A stretch of DNA of 64,000 bases from assembly GCA_903824855.1 (NCBI GenBank), contig CAIJYI010000037.1, forward strand, positions 18,684 through 82,683, read 5' to 3'. Source of the stretch: an uncultured bacterium. Lineage in GTDB: Bacteria > Patescibacteriota > Minisyncoccia > Phycocordibacterales > CAIJYI01. A model generated the notes under the pieces. That model saw nothing but the letters and a program-made list of their open reading frames with translations. It made no database searches and was not told the origin of the DNA. A program made the translations under genes and the position numbers. Below, one piece after another: positions 48,758 through 58,141 of the stretch (the first letter of the stretch is position 1; the number at the start of each line of letters is the position of its first letter).

Positions 48758-48801
48758 AAAAAAAACACCGGCAACCGCCGGTGTTTGTATATATCTCGTC
48801 G

Positions 48802-49470
48802 TTAAACGAGTGAATAGATAACTCCTCCGAGTAAGATAATAAAGAGTATAGTATCAAAAAGCGTGTGATAAGTAATACTCCAAGCTAATGCTCTTGCGTG
48901 CGCTAAATGAAGTTCTTCTTCTTTGCAAAACGGAAGAGTTTCCAAATATGCTTTTCGGTATTTATATCCGAGGAAAAGCCCGAGAATAATGAGCGATACG
49001 CCGGCTGCGATGGGAATTCCGAGTATAAGATGAATTAAACCGAAGAACGTTGACCACGCAAATATCTCGCCCCAGGTGGTGTGTCCGTGTCGAAACATTC
49101 CTTCTTCTATTGCGACAAAGAACGGCGCAACAAAAACAAGAGAGACAAGCAGAAAGATAGGAGCATACCTAAGATAATCTGCCTGTGTTTGCACGAGATC
49201 CGCAATCGGTGTGAGAATAATATTCCCGCCTTCCGGTGAGAAAAAATTCATCCAACCAAGTCTGGAAAGTGGCACAAATAATGATAAAAGAACAAAAGAT
49301 GAAGCGACGAGAGTTAAAACTCCCAACACTTCCGCGACCATTTTTGGCCGTACTCTTTTCCAGATAAAAGAAATAAACGAAAGATTTGTGAACGCATCAT
49401 AAAAGATACGTACTAAGAAATAAACAGCGTACGCCAAAGCGGCATATTTGAGTAAAACGAACGGATCCAT
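48802..49470 (-). CDS. CPBP/CAAX-family intramembrane metalloprotease-like protein
   Basis: EEGMFR, FGLIH and YHTLFD motifs within multiple TM segments. Confidence 0.75.
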   Translation of the reverse strand: MDPFVLLKYAALAYAVYFLVRIFYDAFTNLSFISFIWKRVRPKMVAEVLGVLTLVASSFVLLSLFVPLSRLGWMNFFSPEGGNIILTPIADLVQTQADYLRYAPIFLLVSLVFVAPFFVAIEEGMFRHGHTTWGEIFAWSTFFGLIHLILGIPIAAGVSLIILGLFLGYKYRKAYLETLPFCKEEELHLAHARALAWSITYHTLFDTILFIILLGGVIYSLV

Positions 49471-49579
49471 AAGAAATCCCTCCTTTGTGTATAATCATCT
49501 GTTTCCAATGTTACGGTAGCACACCTTTCGAACACGCGCAAATTAACATTCAATCATTTATGCGATACAATTACCGCAT

Positions 49580-50506
49580 ATGGAATCAAACATTGCTGAG
49601 AAAAACAAAACGATAAATGAAAACATCTCCATCGATGAGTTGTTGAATATTCGAAAAGATGAGCCAAATCCTTATGTCGCCCTGCAAAACAAGCTGGATG
49701 ATATTATTATGGAAAAAAGAGAATCTTTGTGGACGAAGGGTGGAGTTGAAGATATAAAAACCGGTGATTATTTTGTGGAATATGGCGGGATGGATTTGAG
49801 CCTTTGTGATGTCGTCGGAAAATACGCACCACTCGGAGAAAATATCGATGCGGGGCTTGCCTACGGACTGGAAAAAAATATTTTGATTGAAATTGGCCAA
49901 ACACCTATTCTTGTTGCTGACTTACATAATTTCGCCGCGCCATTCATTTTGGAAGCGATTAATTCAGGAAAATTGGAAAAAGGCAGTTCAATGGATCATA
50001 TTGACTACCATTCTGATGTCGGAGATGAAGAAGGCAATGATTTTGAACACTATTCCTCATTAAATTTATCCGATAAAGAAAAAGTAAAATTTCTTTTAAA
50101 AAATTCCAGAATCGGAACGTGGCAAACTTCTCCAATTATTCAAAGTGGCGCTGTCGCAAAGGATAAATGGAGATGGCTTTGTTTAGATAGTGAGGGAGAA
50201 TGGAAGGAGAAAAACGGAGAAGAAAAAATAATTAACGAAGAACCCTCAATAAACAACGGCCCGGATATTTTAGATATTGATCTTGATTATCTTTGTTTGG
50301 AAGACGACAAACTAACGGAGGAAGAAAAAGCCGGTGTTCTTCTAGGAATAATCCCAAAAAGTATTGCTGATAAAATTGCCGATACTCTCATGCTTTCAAA
50401 AAATGCGAAAGTAATAACTCTCGTGACGAGTCCGACCTTCATTCATCAAAAAAGAGCCATAGAATACGCAAAATATTTTATTCAACACTACAAAGAATCA
50501 AAATAG
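49580..50506 (+). CDS. UPF0489-like protein (arginase/deacetylase-fold metallohydrolase)
   Basis: DLHN, HIDYHSD, LDIDLDY, ITLVTSP.F motifs. Confidence 0.7.
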   Translation: MESNIAEKNKTINENISIDELLNIRKDEPNPYVALQNKLDDIIMEKRESLWTKGGVEDIKTGDYFVEYGGMDLSLCDVVGKYAPLGENIDAGLAYGLEKNILIEIGQTPILVADLHNFAAPFILEAINSGKLEKGSSMDHIDYHSDVGDEEGNDFEHYSSLNLSDKEKVKFLLKNSRIGTWQTSPIIQSGAVAKDKWRWLCLDSEGEWKEKNGEEKIINEEPSINNGPDILDIDLDYLCLEDDKLTEEEKAGVLLGIIPKSIADKIADTLMLSKNAKVITLVTSPTFIHQKRAIEYAKYFIQHYKESK

Positions 50507-50626
50507 CTCAGCTCAATAAATCGCGCATTGTTGAATATCTCAAAATTTTTATTGACATTTCTTTTATATTACTGTATAAAAGTTCTTAGTTGTAATTTTA
50601 TTTTCTAAAATATTGGAGGTATAAAG

Positions 50627-51835
50627 TTGAAACATCTTTTCGAGAAAACAACCGATATAAAACGAGTCGGAATTATAACCAGTGGCGGTGACTGTGGCGG
50701 ATTAAACGCTTTTCTTTATGGAGCGATTATGACGGCTTTAAACAGCAACATCGAACCGATTATTATTCCGAGTGGAAATATTGGAATGTACAATCTCATT
50801 AACTATAATGAGGACGAAATTATTCCCGCGACAATTGAAATGGCGGAAAGTATAGACATTACCCGTTGCGGATCATCTGCCGGTAATACAAGAGCAAAAA
50901 TTCACAAGATTGATGACTCAAAAGCGTGGGAGAGAGTCCTCGCCGGAGTAAAAAAACATCGTCTTGATGCATTTGTCATCTGTGGCGGCGACGGTTCCGG
51001 ACGCGAATCCTTGCGATATGTTGAACACGGCATAAAATGTGTTCACGCGCCAAAAACAATGGATCTTGATATGCAGTCGTATTCTGTGGGCGCTGATTCC
51101 GCAATTAATAAAATTGCAAAAGTAATCGGTGACGCAAAAACAACAGGTGAAACACACGGCAGGGTTCTTATAATAGAAGTATTCGGTGCAAAAACAGGAC
51201 ACATCGCACTTCGTGGAGGGCTGGCAGCAAACGCAGATGCTATTCTTATTCCTGAGGTTGCATACGATTTAGGTATTGTATATGAAGATTTAAAACGTTC
51301 TCTTTTTGAACGCATCTACAATTCCCCCACATCAACAGGAACGTATGTAATCGTTGTTGCTGAAGGACTCAAAGAAACGGAAAAACGACCCGGGGACGGT
51401 GGAGCGACCGGTGCCGGCGCAATTATTGCCGAGCGTTTAAAAAAGATGATGGCGGACGATAAAGAAATACCAAAACTTATGAAGAAAGCTCGCCTTTTTG
51501 TTCCGGGAGTTAATGAACGACCTGAGATAAGAGACGTTGTTCCGCTTTATATCGCGCGTTCCGGAGACACAACCGCACTCGATATTAATTTCGGTTTGGA
51601 GATTGGGTCCGGTTCAATTTTTGCTCTTCTGCAAGGACTTTCCGGGGTTACTATTCTCGGGATTAACAAGCGAAATGTTAATTATATGCAAACAGTTGAA
51701 GCCATAAAAAAACGTAAGGTGAATAAAAACCGCGTCGCGTTGTATGAATATATGGGCTTCTGTTTCGGAAGAAATACAAAAGCATTCGAGCCGATACTGA
51801 ATGAAGTAAAAAAACCTCCGATACGATTATACTAA
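50627..51835 (+). CDS. pfkA: 6-phosphofructokinase family protein (divergent)
   Basis: TSGGDCGGLN, CGGDGS, PKTMDLD, EVFG, ILIPE, VVAEG; TTG start with GGAGG RBS. Confidence 0.85.
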   Translation: MKHLFEKTTDIKRVGIITSGGDCGGLNAFLYGAIMTALNSNIEPIIIPSGNIGMYNLINYNEDEIIPATIEMAESIDITRCGSSAGNTRAKIHKIDDSKAWERVLAGVKKHRLDAFVICGGDGSGRESLRYVEHGIKCVHAPKTMDLDMQSYSVGADSAINKIAKVIGDAKTTGETHGRVLIIEVFGAKTGHIALRGGLAANADAILIPEVAYDLGIVYEDLKRSLFERIYNSPTSTGTYVIVVAEGLKETEKRPGDGGATGAGAIIAERLKKMMADDKEIPKLMKKARLFVPGVNERPEIRDVVPLYIARSGDTTALDINFGLEIGSGSIFALLQGLSGVTILGINKRNVNYMQTVEAIKKRKVNKNRVALYEYMGFCFGRNTKAFEPILNEVKKPPIRLY

Positions 51836-52009
51836 GAACAAACCCTATTCAAGCGAATAGGGTTTTTATTTATACTATATCTATATTATGAGGTGTTATT
51901 TTTACACAACACGACACAGAAAACTATAAAGTAACCACAACTTGTGTTTTTAGTGACAGTAAATTACCATATCAAAGAGGAGTCCATTTTTGCTCTTTAA
52001 GGAGGTTTA

Positions 52010-52348
52010 ATGAAGTTATTGCGCGCCATGGTCATAAATATCGTTATCCTGTTTTTACTTTCAGGAAACACAATCAAAGCAGAAAATCACACGTTCACTA
52101 TTACCAATCAAACAATAACTCCAATTATTCAATTATTTGTTTTTGATAAAGTTGAAAAAAAATGGAAGGAAGACATCTTGAATAATGTCTTCATTGGAAT
52201 GTTTTCAGAAGGCGTAATTAATTACAATAGCAAACCAAAAGATTGTTTCTTTAATCTTAAGGCGGTCTTCGATGGTGGCGATTCAGTGGAACGCAATGAT
52301 TTTAATGTTTGCAAGCCCGATGTCTGGATTATCAGAAAATACGAATAA
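52010..52348 (+). CDS. Secreted beta-sandwich hypothetical protein
   Basis: Signal peptide, FTITNQT..WKEDIL..C.FNLKAVF..NVC; AGGAGG RBS. Confidence 0.65.
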   Translation: MKLLRAMVINIVILFLLSGNTIKAENHTFTITNQTITPIIQLFVFDKVEKKWKEDILNNVFIGMFSEGVINYNSKPKDCFFNLKAVFDGGDSVERNDFNVCKPDVWIIRKYE

Positions 52349-52473
52349 ACAACGAAAGCTATTCCCAAACCTAATGGACCTCAATTCGAGGTCCTTTTTT
52401 ATATATTTTGGCATTTTTTGGCCATAAAACACACCCCCTAATAAAATATTAGGACTTATGCTATAATCGCCAA

Positions 52474-53334
52474 ATGAAAACAACACTTAAAAAAATACTT
52501 CTTATAATCGGGGTTATTTTCGCCCTAATCGGAATGCTTTTCACCTTCGTCTTTGTTGGGATGCAATTAGAACTTTTTAATGTGAGAGGAGGAATTACAC
52601 AAAGAAATGAATTTTTTCTCGGAAACAACAAAGCAACAACGACGGTTATGTTAATCGATTATCCCTGTGTTGATACCACAAAAAAGGTTTGCGACTGGAA
52701 AGAAACTCCGGAATGGGGAGTTATTAAAAACGGTCTTCAAAAAGACGAATTTGTCATCAAAAGAGTATCCGAAGAGACGGGTATTCCAAAAAGAATGATT
52801 GCGGCAGTTGTTATCCCCGAACAGGCACGCTTTTTTACTGCAAACAGAGAAATATTCAAAAAATATTTTGAACCGATGAAAATACTCGGATCAATGTCTC
52901 AATTTTCTCTCGGTGTTTCGGGAATCAAAGAAAAAACAGCACTTGAAATTGAAGTGAATCTGGCAAACAAAGATTCTGATTTTTATCCGGGAGAGGGGTT
53001 GGATAAACTTATCGCCTATGAGCCGAATGCAAATAGAGAAAAGGAATTGTTCAATCGCTTAACGGATCCGAAAGATCATTATTATTCATACCTATATACC
53101 GCACTCTATATCAGAGAAGTTGAATCACAGTGGAAATCGGCAGGTTTTGATATTTCAAAAAACCCTGAAATTGCCGCAACGCTTTTCAATATCGGTTTCG
53201 ATAATTCAAAACCGAATACCACCCCCGCAGTCGGAGGAACAGCAATTAACTTAGGTGGAAAAACCTACCTTTACGGCGAACTTTCCTCAAATTTCTATAA
53301 CTCTGAAGAACTGGCGGATGTCTTTATGAAATAA
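52474..53334 (+). CDS. Membrane-anchored hypothetical protein, possible lysozyme-like fold
   Basis: N-terminal TM; IAAVVIPEQ, SLGVSGIK, ATLFNIG resemble lytic-transglycosylase-type motifs. Confidence 0.55.
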   Translation: MKTTLKKILLIIGVIFALIGMLFTFVFVGMQLELFNVRGGITQRNEFFLGNNKATTTVMLIDYPCVDTTKKVCDWKETPEWGVIKNGLQKDEFVIKRVSEETGIPKRMIAAVVIPEQARFFTANREIFKKYFEPMKILGSMSQFSLGVSGIKEKTALEIEVNLANKDSDFYPGEGLDKLIAYEPNANREKELFNRLTDPKDHYYSYLYTALYIREVESQWKSAGFDISKNPEIAATLFNIGFDNSKPNTTPAVGGTAINLGGKTYLYGELSSNFYNSEELADVFMK

Positions 53335-53380
53335 CATTATTCTCATTGCATTTTATTCTCTCTCGTACAATAATATCTAT

Positions 53381-54286
53381 ATGAAATTCGAACACTCAAA
53401 TGAAATGCCTCCGGATTATGAAAGGATGAAAAATGAAATCCTTGCTGAATTTCCAAAAGAAAAAATTACCGGAGTCGACACAAAAACAGTCGAAGATTTT
53501 ATTATCGGACAAGGACTTCCCTTAAAAGAATATGCTGTTCTCTCTGAGGAAGACCTTCCGAAAATTCGCGATATTATCGGAGATTCCAATTTCTTTCATG
53601 GAATGCTGGAGGGAGAAAAATTCGCCGGCTCGTATATTCCTGAACTTCAAATGGCTTTTGTGTATCGCCGTGGAATTGTCCCCTTGGCGACCGAAACAAC
53701 GGGAAATATATTTTTGGAAGGCCTTCTTGTGCATGAACTCGGGGGTCATGCGACGAGTGGTTACAATGATTTTGTAACAACTGACAAAAAACACTTTGAT
53801 GTTCCACGTCTCGGACTTTGCATTACAAATCACCAAAAAAATAACGAAGGCACAATGGAGGGATTAATGCTTGAAGAAGGCTGGGCAGATATGCAGTATG
53901 CGGAATACGTAAAAACCTCTCGTCCGGAAAAAAAAGATTCCCTTGTCCGAGAACTCGGTGCTGATATGGAAAAACTCATTCCGTTTACGATTCCCGAGGT
54001 TGGTACGATTGAAGTCCCCGTTAAATACATTTACTTGGACGAGGAATATTCCCCAAATGTACGTGCGACCTCGCTTGCCGGCTATGCGCTTGAACTTTTA
54101 TGCAAGAAAAACCCAAAAATAAAACCTCTTCTTTTTGAGGCAAGAAATTCCGTACAAGCCCTCCGAGACTTAGCAAAAGAAATTGATGCCATCCGACCGG
54201 GACTCTATGAGGAACTGCAATCAGGAGAATACTCTATAAAATCCTTCGGAAAAAAATTAAAAGAGGTTATGGACGTTTGCGGATAA
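53381..54286 (+). CDS. Hypothetical protein with zincin-like HExxxH motif
   Basis: LLVHELGGH and downstream LEEGWAD. Confidence 0.6.
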   Translation: MKFEHSNEMPPDYERMKNEILAEFPKEKITGVDTKTVEDFIIGQGLPLKEYAVLSEEDLPKIRDIIGDSNFFHGMLEGEKFAGSYIPELQMAFVYRRGIVPLATETTGNIFLEGLLVHELGGHATSGYNDFVTTDKKHFDVPRLGLCITNHQKNNEGTMEGLMLEEGWADMQYAEYVKTSRPEKKDSLVRELGADMEKLIPFTIPEVGTIEVPVKYIYLDEEYSPNVRATSLAGYALELLCKKNPKIKPLLFEARNSVQALRDLAKEIDAIRPGLYEELQSGEYSIKSFGKKLKEVMDVCG

Positions 54287-54369
54287 AGAGGGCGCTGTGT
54301 TGATATTGTGCCCACTTTATAGACCTTATTGTCTTTACGGACTGCGTTTTATATGTTATTCTCTACTTC

Positions 54370-55830
54370 ATGGCAAAAAACGATACTATTCTCCGTTTTG
54401 ACGAAGTTACCTTCGGATACAAAGAAACAAAACCTCTTCTTGAAGAAGTGGATTTTTCTGTACGCAGAGGAACGAAGACGACCGTCATGGGGCAAAATGG
54501 TTCAGGCAAATCTACCCTTTTTAAACTTATCACCGGCGAATTAAAGCCTTTCAGTGGGATTATAAACGTTGTTTCCGGTGTATCTATCGCTGTTTCCCGC
54601 CAAGTCATTCCGAGAGACGAACTCGAACTCACCGTCCGTGAATTTTTCATTAAAGCAATGGCGCAAATGTACTCGGAGAAAATTTATGACATTGACCCGA
54701 GGATTGATGCTATTTTAAATCTTGTAAATCTTCATGCGCCAAAAGAAAGAATTTTGAATACTTTTTCCGGCGGTCAACAGGCACGTCTCTTACTCGCTTC
54801 GGCGCTTATCCAAAATCCGGATCTGCTTTTACTTGACGAGCCGACCAACAACCTCGACAAAGCGGGAATTGAACATCTCACGGAATTCTTGAAAGCATAT
54901 GACAAAACAGTCATCGTCATTTCACATGATTCGGGATTCTTGAACAGTTTCACTGACAGCGTTCTCTATTTGGACATTTTTACAAGAAAGATGGAACAAT
55001 ATGTCGGTAACTACTTTGACGTCCGCGAACAAATTTTAGCCCGTTTGGAAAAAGAAAACCGAAAGAATGCACAACTTGCGAAAGAAATTCAAGCCAACAA
55101 GGAAAAAGCCAACTTCTTTGCAATGAAAGGAGGTCAAATGCGTATGGTTGCAAAAAGAATGAGAGAGAAAGCCGAAGAAATGGAGGAAGAAAAAGTTGAT
55201 GTGAGAAAAGAAGATAAAACCATCCGCCCATTCATTATTCCCTCTCAAGAAAATATCGGCGGAATCGTTCATATCACCGCGTTCAAAACGTATCATGACG
55301 GAGAAATTTTTCAGAGAAAAACCGATATCAAACTCGGTCGTAATCAACATCTCTTGCTCGCCGGCCCGAATGGAATTGGAAAAAGCACACTTCTCGAACT
55401 TATCGCACACAACGATTCCGAAGGAACGACTATTCCGCAAGATATTAAAATCGGCTACTACCGACAAGATTTTTCCACACTCAATTTTGATGATACGGTA
55501 TTAAAATCGCTTATGGACGTCGCTCCCGAATTAACGGAAGAAAAAATCCGTGCCACCGCCGCAGGATTTTTACTCACCGGAAATGTCGTCTATTCAAAAA
55601 TCGGTACTCTTTCAGAAGGACAAAAAGGTCTCGTTGCTTTCGCCCGCCTTGTTCTTGAACGCCCCGGCCTTTTGATTTTAGACGAACCCACCAATCACAT
55701 AAATTTTAGACATATCCCGATAATCGCCGAAGCCCTCAACAAATACACCGGCGCCATGATTATGGTCAGCCACGTCCCCGATTTTGTAGAGAAAATCCGC
55801 ATCGATGAAGTGCTCGATTTGGGGAAATAG
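54370..55830 (+). CDS. ABC-F family ATP-binding protein
   Basis: Two ABC domains (GQNGSGKST/FSGGQ/LLLDEPTNNLD; GPNGIGKST/LSEGQ/LDEPTNH), no TM segments. Confidence 0.93.
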   Translation: MAKNDTILRFDEVTFGYKETKPLLEEVDFSVRRGTKTTVMGQNGSGKSTLFKLITGELKPFSGIINVVSGVSIAVSRQVIPRDELELTVREFFIKAMAQMYSEKIYDIDPRIDAILNLVNLHAPKERILNTFSGGQQARLLLASALIQNPDLLLLDEPTNNLDKAGIEHLTEFLKAYDKTVIVISHDSGFLNSFTDSVLYLDIFTRKMEQYVGNYFDVREQILARLEKENRKNAQLAKEIQANKEKANFFAMKGGQMRMVAKRMREKAEEMEEEKVDVRKEDKTIRPFIIPSQENIGGIVHITAFKTYHDGEIFQRKTDIKLGRNQHLLLAGPNGIGKSTLLELIAHNDSEGTTIPQDIKIGYYRQDFSTLNFDDTVLKSLMDVAPELTEEKIRATAAGFLLTGNVVYSKIGTLSEGQKGLVAFARLVLERPGLLILDEPTNHINFRHIPIIAEALNKYTGAMIMVSHVPDFVEKIRIDEVLDLGK

Positions 55831-55893
55831 TTTTATTGTGATTAAACATTATAAAAAATTGCCATCCAACTACACCTTTGATAATCTATAGAA

Positions 55894-56436
55894 ATGAAAA
55901 CATTTGTCATTACCGGTCCTTCATCTTCCGGAAAATCAACGCTTATTGAATTTTTACAGAATAAAGGGTTTTATGTTGTTCCGGAAATAGCTCGAAGCGT
56001 TTTAGAAGAAGGAGTTTTTCACCCAAGTCGCGACCCCTATCTTTTTCAAAAAGAAATAGCAAAAAGACAAGCAACAGCGGAAGAAAAAATGAAAAGTCTC
56101 GATATCCCTATTGCCTTCCTTGACCGCGGATTTCACGACCAAATTGCCTATTGTAAACACAGCGGTATTACGGAGTTTCCTCCCGAAATTCAAATTCATT
56201 CAGAGTATACCGGCGTATTTAATCTTGAAATGCTCAATAAATTCGAATCAGACGGCATACGAATCGAAAAAGGAGGTGAAGAAGCACGACAAATACATAA
56301 AGTCGCATTGGATGAATATAAAAAATGCGGAATTCCTGTCATTTCTATTCCGGCAATCTCTGTTTCTGATCGCGCAAAATTAATTATCGAGTATTCTCTA
56401 AAATTGCCTTCTTCCGCGGTCTCTGATATTCTTTAA
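55894..56436 (+). CDS. P-loop NTPase/kinase, AAA_28 (NadR-like) family
   Basis: ITGPSSSGKSTLI, VVPEIAR, FLDRG..D.IAY. Confidence 0.85.
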   Translation: MKTFVITGPSSSGKSTLIEFLQNKGFYVVPEIARSVLEEGVFHPSRDPYLFQKEIAKRQATAEEKMKSLDIPIAFLDRGFHDQIAYCKHSGITEFPPEIQIHSEYTGVFNLEMLNKFESDGIRIEKGGEEARQIHKVALDEYKKCGIPVISIPAISVSDRAKLIIEYSLKLPSSAVSDIL

Positions 56437-56461
56437 GAAAATAAAGAATGAAAATAAAATA

Positions 56462-56809
56462 ATGAATACCAAAAAAACCATATTTATTGCACACCCGATA
56501 AACGGAGATATTGAAGGAAACATGAAGAAAGTTCTTGATATATGCGCTCATTTACACAATGAGGACACTATCCCCGTCGCTCCTTACCTCATTTCACTTC
56601 AATATCTTGATGATTCCATACCAAAAGACCGCGACCTCGGTATCATCGCAAACCTTGAAACTCTTAATCGCGGATATGTCGATGAACTCTGGGTCTATGG
56701 AGACTCAATAACACCGGGAATGAAACAGGAAGTTACACTTGCCCTCTCCCTCGGTATTCCTGTTTTTCCACAAACAGAAGGCACAAAACGAGATTTTGAA
56801 ATGATGTAA
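56462..56809 (+). CDS. Nucleoside 2-deoxyribosyltransferase-like (DUF4406-like) protein
   Basis: IFIAHP..GD..N, PVAP, DELWVYG..ITPGMKQE..A..LGIPV. Confidence 0.7.
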   Translation: MNTKKTIFIAHPINGDIEGNMKKVLDICAHLHNEDTIPVAPYLISLQYLDDSIPKDRDLGIIANLETLNRGYVDELWVYGDSITPGMKQEVTLALSLGIPVFPQTEGTKRDFEMM

Positions 56810-56855
56810 AGAAAAACGCCACGATTGTGGCGTTTTTTAAAAATAGTTTTTACGA

Positions 56856-57290
56856 TTATTTTGTCGTTGTCGCATTTTCCATTGGAATTTCATCGGAGGA
56901 ACTCGTTGCTTCAATAACTTTCAAGCTGAGCTGTTTTTTCATTTCTTTTTCTTTTATAGCGTTCTGTTTTTGAAGAGCCGCAAGTGTGGAGGTCGCTTTA
57001 TTCAACTGTTTCATTTTATTTGAAAGTGAAAGGCTTTGAGCTTCCAGATTTTCTTTTGCCTCCTGTATTTCTAAAGGAAGCGAAGGATTCTCTTTTTCGA
57101 GGTCTGCAATTTTTTTGTTAATCACGATCATTTCAGCATCTCGTTCCGAAACGGATTGCATTACCGTCGTTTGAACTCTCACTTTATTTGAAAGGTCCCC
57201 ACGGAGAGGGATATCCACAAAGATTCCGCCGAGTGCGCCGGCGAGAAGCGAGGCATTCAAAACTATAATAAAAAAAGAAAGTATGTTCAT
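56856..57290 (-). CDS. Membrane-anchored coiled-coil protein
   Basis: N-terminal TM followed by a coiled coil. Confidence 0.6.
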   Translation of the reverse strand: MNILSFFIIVLNASLLAGALGGIFVDIPLRGDLSNKVRVQTTVMQSVSERDAEMIVINKKIADLEKENPSLPLEIQEAKENLEAQSLSLSNKMKQLNKATSTLAALQKQNAIKEKEMKKQLSLKVIEATSSSDEIPMENATTTK

Positions 57291-57298
57291 AAAGAATA

Positions 57299-57721
57299 CT
57301 AGGGAGTTTTTAACGAGGTATCATCATGCAAAAGAGATGCCGCTATGGCTGTTTCATCCGCAATCGACGCAGTAACGATACCAATATCTACATCATTTTT
57401 TAAAATCTGAATCTCAACCTCTTGAAGTTTTGCGGTAGTACTGGCAAGATCATCGCGCAAGAGAGCATTTTCGGATTGAAGTTTTGATAATTTCTGTTTA
57501 CCAAGGTCGAGAGCCAATTTCTGATCTTCTTCTGTACCCGAAAGAAGTGCGTGTGTTTCGCTGGAAACAGAAGCGATTTTATCCCTACGTCCCGAATAGT
57601 CATTCCAAAAATATATATTCGCAGAGGCAAGCAAGACAAAAACAGTGAGCGGGACAATGATTGGAGAAAATACGCTTTGAGAAACGTGGTTAGATTGATA
57701 TTTTTTTTCCTGACTATCCAT
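57299..57721 (-). CDS. Membrane-anchored coiled-coil protein
   Basis: Start placed at MDSQEKK; one TM then a coiled coil. Confidence 0.6.
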   Translation of the reverse strand: MDSQEKKYQSNHVSQSVFSPIIVPLTVFVLLASANIYFWNDYSGRRDKIASVSSETHALLSGTEEDQKLALDLGKQKLSKLQSENALLRDDLASTTAKLQEVEIQILKNDVDIGIVTASIADETAIAASLLHDDTSLKTP

Positions 57722-57951
57722 ATCTCCATAATACCATACGTATAAAATAAATGCGTGTGTATTCTCTTTGCTTTTATGTGCTATAATAAAAACAGAATTC
57801 GAAACATGTAAAACGGTAAAAAACAACGAAACATAAAAAGAAACAGTAACACTCGAATTTGAAGGGTATTCGAATCACACGAAAGGGGAATTTTTAGTAA
57901 AAATAACGGTGAGGTCGGTCACTTGAACTTACAACAACAATAAAAAATAAT

Positions 57952-58056
57952 ATGAAACAATCACAATCAGCTCCACAAGACAAAGAGCGACTTGCACATG
58001 AATCAATTCACATGACGCGAGCCCCTCGAATGAGTAATAACGGAAAAAAGAAATAA
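57952..58056 (+). CDS. Small basic peptide (34 aa; absent from the ORF track)
   Basis: MKQSQSAPQDKERLAHESIHMTRAPRMSNNGKKK*, followed by a terminator-like hairpin at ~58063-58098. Confidence 0.35.
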   Translation: MKQSQSAPQDKERLAHESIHMTRAPRMSNNGKKK

Positions 58057-58141
58057 ATTATCAAATAACTGACTCTGAAAGGGGTCGGTTATTTTTTTAT
58101 GAAGAATTCCCTCGTTTCAATACTTCTGCTATACTATTTTC

